A stretch of DNA of 64,000 bases from an uncultured Clostridium sp. (GTDB lineage: Bacteria > Bacillota > Clostridia > Lachnospirales > Lachnospiraceae): assembly GCA_947575275.1 (NCBI GenBank), contig CANPMS010000007.1:12-64011 (forward strand). The letters run 5' to 3'. The notes beneath the pieces were generated by a model, which saw only the letters and a program-made list of their open reading frames with translations, was not told the origin of the DNA and did not search any database. Both the position numbers and the translations under genes were made by a program. Positions 18,784-26,022 of the stretch are shown piece by piece. Position 1 is the stretch's first letter; the number at the start of each line of letters is the position of its first letter.

Positions 18784-20220
18784 ATGAAAAAGACAAAAAT
18801 TATCTGCACCATGGGACCGAATACAAACGATAGAATCCTTATGAGGGAACTGGCGTTAAACGGGATGGATATTGCTCGTTTCAACTTTTCCCACGGGGAT
18901 TATGAGGAGCAGAAGAAACGTCTGGATATGTTGAAAGATATTCGGGAGGAGCTGGGTCTTCCGATAGCAGCGCTTCTTGATACGAAGGGACCGGAAATCC
19001 GCACAGGACTTTTGAAGGATGACAAAAAGGTGACCTTGACGGAGGGACAGGTTTATATTCTGACCACCCGGGAAATTTTGGGGGATGATACGGCCACTCA
19101 TATTAATTACAGCGGTTTAAACCATGATGTTGTGGCAGGAAATACGATTTTAATTGATGATGGGCTGATTGAGCTTTGCGTGGAGGAAGTAAATGGAACG
19201 GACATTGTCTGCCGTGTAATAAACGGCGGTGAATTGGGTGCGCGCAAAGGCGTCAATATCCCGAATGTGAAGATTAAGCTTCCGGCGTTGACGGAGAAAG
19301 ATAAGGCGGATATCCGCTTCGGCATCGAGCAGGGTTTTGACTTTATAGCGGCTTCTTTTGTCCGCACTGCTGATGCAGTCCGGGAAATCAGAAACATTTT
19401 AGATGAGGCAGGCTCCGGGATTCAGATTATTGCGAAAATTGAGAATGCGGAGGGTATAGAGAATCTGGATGAGATTATTGAGGTCAGTGACGGCATTATG
19501 ATAGCTCGGGGTGATATGGGGGTTGAGATTCCGCCGCAGCAGGTGCCTCATATTCAAAAGACTATTATCAGGAAGTGTAATCTGGCCTGTAAGCCGGTTA
19601 TCACTGCAACGCAGATGCTGGATTCGATGATCCGGAACCCGAGACCCACCCGTGCGGAGGTGACCGATGTGGCAAATGCGGTGTATGATGGAACGGACGT
19701 GGTGATGCTGTCCGGTGAGACTGCCATGGGCAAGTATCCGGTGGAGGCGTTGAAAATGATGGCACAGATCTGTGAGGCATCTGAGCAGTTTCTGGACTAC
19801 GGCGCATACCGCCAGAGAAAAGTGTCTGCAAAAAATCAAAAAAATATTTCAAACGCGGTGTGTTATTCTTCCGTGTCTACGGCTCATGACTTAAATGCGA
19901 AGGTGATTATCGCGCCGTCCATCAGTGGATTTACCACGCGCCTTCTCTCCAAATGGAGACCAGGTGTCCAGATTATCGGACTGTCGCCCAGTGCAACGGC
20001 TGTACGCCAGATGCAGATTTACTGGGGTGTTAAACCGTTTCAGGCAAAGCGTGCGGAGTCCACGGATCTGTTGATTGAGTCGTCGCTGGATCTTTTGAAG
20101 GCTCAGAAGATGATTGAGGACGGGGATGTGGTTGTGGTAACTGCAGGTGTGGTGACGAGGGCGAACCGCCACGAGCCAGCCACACATACAAATATTATGC
20201 GTGTGATTGCAGTGGATTAA
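18784..20220 (+). CDS. pyk: Pyruvate kinase
   Basis: 478 aa. N-terminus KTKIICTMGPNT...ARFNFSHG...LLDTKGPEIRTG and MIARGDMGVEIP motifs. Confidence 0.95.
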   Translation: MKKTKIICTMGPNTNDRILMRELALNGMDIARFNFSHGDYEEQKKRLDMLKDIREELGLPIAALLDTKGPEIRTGLLKDDKKVTLTEGQVYILTTREILGDDTATHINYSGLNHDVVAGNTILIDDGLIELCVEEVNGTDIVCRVINGGELGARKGVNIPNVKIKLPALTEKDKADIRFGIEQGFDFIAASFVRTADAVREIRNILDEAGSGIQIIAKIENAEGIENLDEIIEVSDGIMIARGDMGVEIPPQQVPHIQKTIIRKCNLACKPVITATQMLDSMIRNPRPTRAEVTDVANAVYDGTDVVMLSGETAMGKYPVEALKMMAQICEASEQFLDYGAYRQRKVSAKNQKNISNAVCYSSVSTAHDLNAKVIIAPSISGFTTRLLSKWRPGVQIIGLSPSATAVRQMQIYWGVKPFQAKRAESTDLLIESSLDLLKAQKMIEDGDVVVVTAGVVTRANRHEPATHTNIMRVIAVD

Positions 20221-20237
20221 CAAAGGAGAGAACGAAA

Positions 20238-21512
20238 GTGAAGAAAAGACCATTTGTCACAAAGGTACAGTTAGAGGAAATTGTAAAACAGTATGCGACT
20301 CCCTTTCATCTCTATGATGAGAAGGCAATCCTGGAAAATGCGAGAGCTTTGAAGGAGGCGTTTTCCTGGAATAAGGGATATAAGGAATATTTTGCGGTGA
20401 AGGCTACGCCGAACCCTTATATTCTTCAGCTGCTGAAGAGCTGCGGCTGCGGCACAGACTGCTCTTCTGCAACGGAGCTGTTGATGTCGGAAGCGGTGGG
20501 GCTGAAAGGAGATGAGATTATGTTCTCCTCCAACGATACGCCGCTTTCAGAATTTAAGCTTGCAAACGATTTAGGTGCAATCATTAACCTGGATGACATC
20601 ACCCACATTGACTGCCTGGAGCAGGCATTGGGCTATATTCCGAAAACCATTAGCTGCCGATATAATCCCGGCGGGCTGTTTAAAATCAGTAATGGGATTA
20701 TGGATAATCCCGGAGATGCCAAGTATGGCATGACCACGGAGCAGATTTTTGAGGCTTACCGGATTTTAAAGGCCAAGGGAGCAGGGGAGTTTGGAATCCA
20801 TGCGTTCCTTGCCAGCAACACGGTGACAAATGACTATTATCCGGTGCTTGCGAAAGTGCTTTTTGAGCTGGCTGTGAAGCTGGAAAGGGAGACAGGAGCT
20901 CACATTCAATTTATCAATTTGTCCGGTGGTATCGGAATCCCCTACCGCCCGGATGAGACACCCAATGATATTCGTGTGATTGGAGAGGGTGTGCGAAAGG
21001 TCTATGAGGAGGTTTTGGTTCCTGCGGGTATGGGTGATGTGGCAATCTATACGGAGCTGGGGCGTTTTATGCTGGGACCCTATGGCTGTCTGGTGACAAG
21101 GGCAATCCATGAGAAACATACCCACAAGGAGTATATTGGTGTGGATGCCTGCGCTGTGAACCTGATGCGCCCTGCAATGTACGGCGCGTACCATCATATT
21201 ACCGTGTCAGGCAAGGAGGATGCGCCCTGCGACCACAGATATGATATTGTGGGCTCTCTTTGTGAGAATAATGACAAGTTTGCTATTGACCGAATGCTGC
21301 CGGAGATTGAGAAGGGTGATTTGCTGGTAATCCATGATACGGGGGCCCACGGTTTTGCTATGGGATACAACTACAACGGGAAACTGCGTTCGGCGGAGCT
21401 GCTTCTTAAGGCGGATGGAAGTGTTCAGATGATTCGTCGGGCGGAGACTGCTCAAGATTATTTTGCGACCCTGGACGTATGCCCGATGATGGAGAAGTAT
21501 TTAAAGAAATAA
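20238..21512 (+). CDS. lysA: Type III PLP-dependent decarboxylase, diaminopimelate decarboxylase family
   Basis: 424 aa, GTG start 8 nt after AAGGAGA. PLP-lysine context YFAVKATPN, glycine loop SGGIGIPY, catalytic Cys context GSLCENND (variant of the usual CESGD). Confidence 0.65.
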   Translation: MKKRPFVTKVQLEEIVKQYATPFHLYDEKAILENARALKEAFSWNKGYKEYFAVKATPNPYILQLLKSCGCGTDCSSATELLMSEAVGLKGDEIMFSSNDTPLSEFKLANDLGAIINLDDITHIDCLEQALGYIPKTISCRYNPGGLFKISNGIMDNPGDAKYGMTTEQIFEAYRILKAKGAGEFGIHAFLASNTVTNDYYPVLAKVLFELAVKLERETGAHIQFINLSGGIGIPYRPDETPNDIRVIGEGVRKVYEEVLVPAGMGDVAIYTELGRFMLGPYGCLVTRAIHEKHTHKEYIGVDACAVNLMRPAMYGAYHHITVSGKEDAPCDHRYDIVGSLCENNDKFAIDRMLPEIEKGDLLVIHDTGAHGFAMGYNYNGKLRSAELLLKADGSVQMIRRAETAQDYFATLDVCPMMEKYLKK

Positions 21513-21515
21513 CAG

Positions 21516-21562
21516 AAAAGCCTGCTGGAAGCGCCGGTATCGGCTGCACCATGCAGGCTTTC
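21516..21562. terminator. Hairpin between convergent lysA-like gene and ychF
   Basis: aaaagcctgc (21516-21525) pairs with gcaggcttt (21553-21561). Inner stem gccg/cggc. A-rich and T-rich flanks. Confidence 0.5.
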
Positions 21563-21579
21563 GTCTATCTATGAGACTG

Positions 21580-22677
21580 TTACACATTAAACCGGAACAG
21601 GATTACATCTCCGTCTTTGACCACATAATCCTTTCCCTCCAGGCCCACCAGCCCTTTTTCTTTTGCTTTGGCATAGGTGCCGCAGTCCAGGAGATCCTGA
21701 TAGTTGACCACTTCTGCGCGTATAAAGCCGCGCTCGAAATCGGAGTGGATTTTTCCGGCTGCCTGAGGCGCTTTTGTACCAACTCTGATAGTCCAGGCCC
21801 GGGTCTCATCCTCGCCGGAGGTCAGATAGCTGATAAGACCCAGGAGGCGGTAGCTGGCGGCAATCAGCTTGTCCAGACCGGATTCAGAAAGGCCGAGAGC
21901 CTCCAGGTATTCCAGCTTTTCATTATCGTCCAGCTCAGCGAGCTCCTGTTCAATTTGGGCACTGATGACAAACACCTCAGAGCGGCTTTCCGCTGCAAAG
22001 GCGCGAACTGCCGCCACGTGTGGATTGGAGGCGCCGTCATCGGTTAAATCATCCTCTCCCACGTTGGCAGCGAAAATAACGGGCTTGCATGTCAGAAGAT
22101 TTAAGGAGTTTACGAACGCCATCACGTCCTCATCCTCATTTTCGTAGGCGCAGGCCAGTCTGCCGTCCTCAAGAAGCAATTTCAGCTCTTTTAAGATTTC
22201 TACCTCCTTAGCCAGTGACTTGTCATTAAGGGCTGATTTGGACGTTTTTGCAATCCGGCGTTCCAGAATTTCAATATCGGAGAAAACCAGCTCCAGATTG
22301 ATTGTCTCTATATCGCGCAGCGGCTCCACGCTTCCCTCCACATGGATCACATTGGGATCCTCAAAGCAGCGCACCACATGAACGATAGCGTCTACCTCGC
22401 GGATATTGGCAAGGAACTGGTTGCCAAGTCCTTCACCCTTTGACGCTCCCTTTACCAGACCGGCAATATCCACAAACTCAATTACCGCGGGCGTCACCTT
22501 TTTGGAGCGATACAAATCGCCCAGAAGCTTTAAGCGTTTGTCCGGCACCGCGACCACCCCCACATTGGGGTCAATGGTGCAGAACGGATAGTTGGCAGAT
22601 TCCGCTCCTGCTTTGGTAAGTGAATTGAAAAGTGTGCTCTTGCCGACGTTCGGCAGCCCTACAATACCTAATTTCAT
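21580..22677 (-). CDS. ychF: Redox-regulated ATPase YchF (Obg-family GTPase-like)
   Basis: 365 aa from ATG at 22677. MKLGIVGLPNVGKSTLFN P-loop, TGS-like C-terminus ending ...VKDGDVILFRFNV. The 615-aa track ORF is an upstream read-through artefact. Confidence 0.95.
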   Translation of the reverse strand: MKLGIVGLPNVGKSTLFNSLTKAGAESANYPFCTIDPNVGVVAVPDKRLKLLGDLYRSKKVTPAVIEFVDIAGLVKGASKGEGLGNQFLANIREVDAIVHVVRCFEDPNVIHVEGSVEPLRDIETINLELVFSDIEILERRIAKTSKSALNDKSLAKEVEILKELKLLLEDGRLACAYENEDEDVMAFVNSLNLLTCKPVIFAANVGEDDLTDDGASNPHVAAVRAFAAESRSEVFVISAQIEQELAELDDNEKLEYLEALGLSESGLDKLIAASYRLLGLISYLTSGEDETRAWTIRVGTKAPQAAGKIHSDFERGFIRAEVVNYQDLLDCGTYAKAKEKGLVGLEGKDYVVKDGDVILFRFNV

Positions 22678-22869
22678 AATGTGTCCCTTTCTCAAATATT
22701 TGAAAGTATGAAAAACTACTTGATTTTCATGCGGATTAATTGTAGCATAGAATCCATATAAAGAAAAGAACAATTTTATGTCGAACACCCGCGAAATAAG
22801 TCGTCCGATTATGTTTGATTTTCGGATATATTGGGGGTAAAATAAAGAAAAACATCGAAAGGGGACTAT

Positions 22870-23763
22870 ATGATGGAGGGGGCGGATATCCGTTTTGTAC
22901 ATCTTGGAATTATAATTGAGCATCTGCAAAATGGGATCTCGGTCTTTGGATTTCGCATTGCCTATTATGGAATGATTATCGGATTGGGAATGCTGGCAGG
23001 AATTTGGCTTGCCCAGTCGGATGCGAAGCGCAGGGGTCAGAATCCGGATGACTATCTGGATTTTGCTCTGTATGCAATCGTGTTTTCCATTATAGGCGCC
23101 AGGCTTTATTATGTAATTTTTGCATGGGATAATTATAAGGATGACCTGCTTCAGGTTTTCAATATCCGTGCAGGCGGTCTTGCTATTTATGGAGGCGTGA
23201 TTGCAGCAGTCCTTACGCTTGTTGTGTTCACCCGTGTGAGGAAACGTTCCTTTTTCTCTATGGCAGACAGTTGTGTGCTGGGACTTGTGACCGGTCAGAT
23301 TATTGGGCGTTGGGGCAATTTTTTTAATTGTGAGGCATTCGGAGGATATACGGACAGCCTTTTTGCCATGCGGATCAAGCGTTCCCTTGTAAATGAAGCA
23401 ATGATAAACGGCGATGTCCTGAATCATTTAATTGTGGAAAATGGTGTTGCTTTTATCCAGGTACATCCAACATTTTTATATGAGTCTTTATGGAATCTGG
23501 GACTCTTAATATTTATGCTTTGGTATCGGAACCGTAAAAAATTTGACGGTGAGATGTTATGGATTTACCTGTTTGGATACGGCGCAGGCAGATTCTGGAT
23601 TGAAGGTCTGCGTACAGACCAGTTGATTTTATTCACAACAGGCTTCCCGGTTTCTCAGGTACTGTCATTGGCGCTGGCATTCATTGCAGCAGCGGTTCTG
23701 TTAGTCCATTATAAACCATTCGGAAGGAGGCAAAAGGAGAAAACTGATTATGGCAACTTCTAA
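22870..23763 (+). CDS. lgt: Prolipoprotein diacylglyceryl transferase
   Basis: 297 aa polytopic membrane protein with the GRWGNFFNCEAFG signature. Confidence 0.9.
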   Translation: MMEGADIRFVHLGIIIEHLQNGISVFGFRIAYYGMIIGLGMLAGIWLAQSDAKRRGQNPDDYLDFALYAIVFSIIGARLYYVIFAWDNYKDDLLQVFNIRAGGLAIYGGVIAAVLTLVVFTRVRKRSFFSMADSCVLGLVTGQIIGRWGNFFNCEAFGGYTDSLFAMRIKRSLVNEAMINGDVLNHLIVENGVAFIQVHPTFLYESLWNLGLLIFMLWYRNRKKFDGEMLWIYLFGYGAGRFWIEGLRTDQLILFTTGFPVSQVLSLALAFIAAAVLLVHYKPFGRRQKEKTDYGNF

Positions 23764-23905
23764 AGAAGAATTGGTACAAAAGATTGAATGTGCAAGACAG
23801 AATTTGAACAGAAGCATCGAAAGGGGTGAAAATTATGACTCCATTTATAAAAATAGTGTGGAGCTAGATCAACTATTGGAGCTATATATTGTGTCAGGAT
23901 TTTAA
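23750..23905 (+). CDS. Spo0E-family small protein (aspartyl-phosphate phosphatase-like sporulation regulator), 51 aa
   Basis: Not in the ORF track (<60 aa). ATG 23750 about 10 nt after AGGAGA; overlaps the lgt 3' end by 14 nt. MATSKEELVQKIECARQNLNRSIERGENYDSIYKNSVELDQLLELYIVSGF fits the Spo0E pattern L..IE..R..L ... S.ELD.L...Y. A terminator follows. Confidence 0.6.
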   Translation: MATSKEELVQKIECARQNLNRSIERGENYDSIYKNSVELDQLLELYIVSGF

Positions 23906-23925
23906 GATATGTATACATCTTGGAG

Positions 23926-23959
23926 GCAGCTGCAAAACCCTTGTAGTTGCTTCTTTTTT
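23926..23959 (+). terminator. Rho-independent terminator after lgt and the Spo0E-like ORF
   Basis: gcagctgcaa (23926-23935) pairs with ttgtagttgc (23941-23950) including two G-U pairs, followed by ttctttttt. Confidence 0.6.
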
Positions 23960-23984
23960 GTGTATTTTTTTAAGAAAAAACCCC

Positions 23985-24013
23985 TTGATATTTTCTGGTG
24001 AATGTACTAAAAT
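23985..24013 (+). promoter_or_regulatory. Candidate dcw (Pmra-like) sigma-A promoter
   Basis: TTGATA (23985-23990), 17-nt spacer, TAAAAT (24008-24013), immediately upstream of the AAGTGG repeat array. Confidence 0.5.
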
Positions 24014-24021
24014 TAACCTAC

Positions 24022-24068
24022 AAGTGGTACGAAGTGGAACAAAGTGGTGGAAGATGGCGTACAAGTGG
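24022..24068 (+). promoter_or_regulatory. Direct-repeat array AAGTGG with 10-bp phasing, probable MraZ operator
   Basis: AAGTGG at 24022, 24032 and 24042 (exact 10-bp period), degenerate AGATGG at 24052, AAGTGG at 24063. Lies between the candidate -10 and the mraZ start. Confidence 0.65.
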
Positions 24069-24093
24069 AACGTTGGGGTAACGGGTGATTCAA

Positions 24094-24519
24094 ATGTTCA
24101 TGGGTGAGTATAATCATACGGTAGATGCGAAGGGCAGATTGATTGTTCCTTCCAGATTCAGAGAGCAGCTGGGAGATGAATTCGTGGTGACGAAAGGATT
24201 AGACGGCTGTTTATTTGTCTACGAGAATACCGAATGGAAAGCTCTGGAAGAAAAACTCCATACCCTGCCTCTTACCAATGCAAACGCCCGGAAATTTTCA
24301 CGTTTTTTTCTGGCTGGAGCGACTACTTGTGAAGTGGACAAGCAGGGACGGATTCTTTTGCCCGCCATTTTAAGGGAATTTGCCAGGATTGACAAAGACG
24401 CGGTGCTGGTCGGAGTAGGAAGCCGGATTGAAATCTGGAGCAAGCAGAACTGGACACAGTCCAATACCTACGATGATATGGAAGAAATCGCGGAGAATAT
24501 GGAGGGTCTTGGAATTTAA
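24094..24519 (+). CDS. mraZ: Transcriptional regulator MraZ
   Basis: 141 aa from [24 protein letters not shown]. Two SpoVT/AbrB-like halves (DAKGRL, DKQGRIL). Confidence 0.95.
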   Translation: MFMGEYNHTVDAKGRLIVPSRFREQLGDEFVVTKGLDGCLFVYENTEWKALEEKLHTLPLTNANARKFSRFFLAGATTCEVDKQGRILLPAILREFARIDKDAVLVGVGSRIEIWSKQNWTQSNTYDDMEEIAENMEGLGI

Positions 24520-24520
24520 G

Positions 24521-25459
24521 ATGACATTTGAGCATAAATCCGTTTTACTTCAAAAAACCATAGAAAGTCTGGCAATTAAGCCGGATGGAATCTATGTGGA
24601 CGGAACGCTGGGAGGCGGCGGGCATGCCTTTGAGGTGTGCAGGCGCTTGAGTGACAAAGGAAGGCTTGTAGGGATTGATCAGGATGCGGATGCCATAAAT
24701 GCTGCATCGGAGCGGCTTGCGGAGTTTGGCAAAAAGGTCACCATCGTCCGCAGTAATTACGAAAGCATAAAAGAGGTTTTGGCATCTCTGAAAATCAAAA
24801 CAGTCGATGGAATTTATCTTGATTTGGGAGTTTCCTCCTACCAGCTTGATACGCCACAGAGAGGATTTACTTACCGTGAGGATGCACCGCTTGATATGCG
24901 GATGGATCAGAGGGAAAATCGGACAGCGGCGGATATTGTAAATACATACAGTGAAGCTGAGCTGTACCGGATTATCCGGGATTACGGGGAAGATAAATTT
25001 GCGAAGAACATTGCAAAACACATTGTGAGGCGAAGACAGGAGAAGTCTTATGAGACGACCGGTGAGCTGATTGATACGATTAAGGCTGCAATCCCGGCGA
25101 AGATGAGGATGACAGGCGGCCATCCCGCCAAGAGGACATTCCAGGCAATCCGTATTGAGCTGAATCATGAGCTGGAGGTGCTGAACCGGTCAATCGATAC
25201 GATGATTGAGCTTCTAAATCCGGGCGGGCGTTTGAGCATTATCACTTTTCACTCTCTGGAAGATCGGATTGTGAAAAACCGTTTTCGGGAGAATGAGAAT
25301 CCTTGTATCTGTCCGCCGGAATTTCCGGTGTGTATGTGTGGAAGGAAGAGTAAGGGCACAGTGGTGACGAGAAAGCCTGTTGTGCCGACAAAAGAGGAGA
25401 TTGAGAATAATAAGAGGGCGAAGAGTTCCAAGCTGCGTGTTTTTGAGCGGAGGCAGTAA
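24521..25459 (+). CDS. rsmH: 16S rRNA (cytosine1402-N4)-methyltransferase RsmH
   Basis: 312 aa from [13 protein letters not shown] motif [16 protein letters not shown] motif. Confidence 0.95.
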   Translation: MTFEHKSVLLQKTIESLAIKPDGIYVDGTLGGGGHAFEVCRRLSDKGRLVGIDQDADAINAASERLAEFGKKVTIVRSNYESIKEVLASLKIKTVDGIYLDLGVSSYQLDTPQRGFTYREDAPLDMRMDQRENRTAADIVNTYSEAELYRIIRDYGEDKFAKNIAKHIVRRRQEKSYETTGELIDTIKAAIPAKMRMTGGHPAKRTFQAIRIELNHELEVLNRSIDTMIELLNPGGRLSIITFHSLEDRIVKNRFRENENPCICPPEFPVCMCGRKSKGTVVTRKPVVPTKEEIENNKRAKSSKLRVFERRQ

Positions 25460-25509
25460 AGAGAGGGGAACCGGTCTGCTGAATGGTAGAATAGAATGGG
25501 GGAATAAGT

Positions 25510-26022
25510 ATGGCTGCAAAGAACATAAGACCAGCTTCTTCGGCTTATGTGTATGGTAATACCGCGCGTGTTCAGGCGGTGGGACAAGCCCATAGCGGGG
25601 AAAATTTGCAAAAGCGGTATAAGACTGCAAAGCCCCGGCGCGATGCGGGCTATCAACACAGTGTCAGCCGTACAGTGAAACGAAAACAGGAAAAGGCACT
25701 TCAGATGGATCTGCCTTATGTAGTGGCGCTTACGATTGCAGCGTGCTGCGCTTTGTATATTTGTGTGAGCTATCTACAAATACAGTCTTCGATTAATAGT
25801 AGAATTCACAACATTCAGGTTTTGGAGCAGAAACTGGAGCTTCTGAAATCGGAAAATGATGCGCTGCATACCAGGATTAAGACAGATATTGACCTGGATT
25901 ATGTTTACAAGATCGCCACAGAGGAGCTTGGTATGGTGTATGCTAACCGGGATCAGGTTCTTTTGTACGATAAGACAGAAAGTGAGTATGTAAGGCAGTA
26001 TGAGGACATCCCAGAAGACTAA
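25510..26022 (+). CDS. ftsL: FtsL-like cell division protein (single TM helix plus coiled coil)
   Basis: 170 aa. TM helix LPYVVALTIAACCALYICVSYL followed by a heptad-like region. Position between rsmH and the PBP gene is conserved for ftsL. Confidence 0.6.
   Translation: MAAKNIRPASSAYVYGNTARVQAVGQAHSGENLQKRYKTAKPRRDAGYQHSVSRTVKRKQEKALQMDLPYVVALTIAACCALYICVSYLQIQSSINSRIHNIQVLEQKLELLKSENDALHTRIKTDIDLDYVYKIATEELGMVYANRDQVLLYDKTESEYVRQYEDIPED

Noticed and set aside
20221-20237. Lysine riboswitch upstream of the lysA-like gene
   Set aside because: Only 17 nt separate pyk and the GTG start, which leaves no room for an L-box.
22678-23427. Upstream 250-aa extension of the ychF ORF (the track gives 615 aa)
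   Set aside because: The YchF homology begins exactly at MKLGIVGLPNVGKS, which has its own RBS. The extension is antisense to lgt and looks non-coding.
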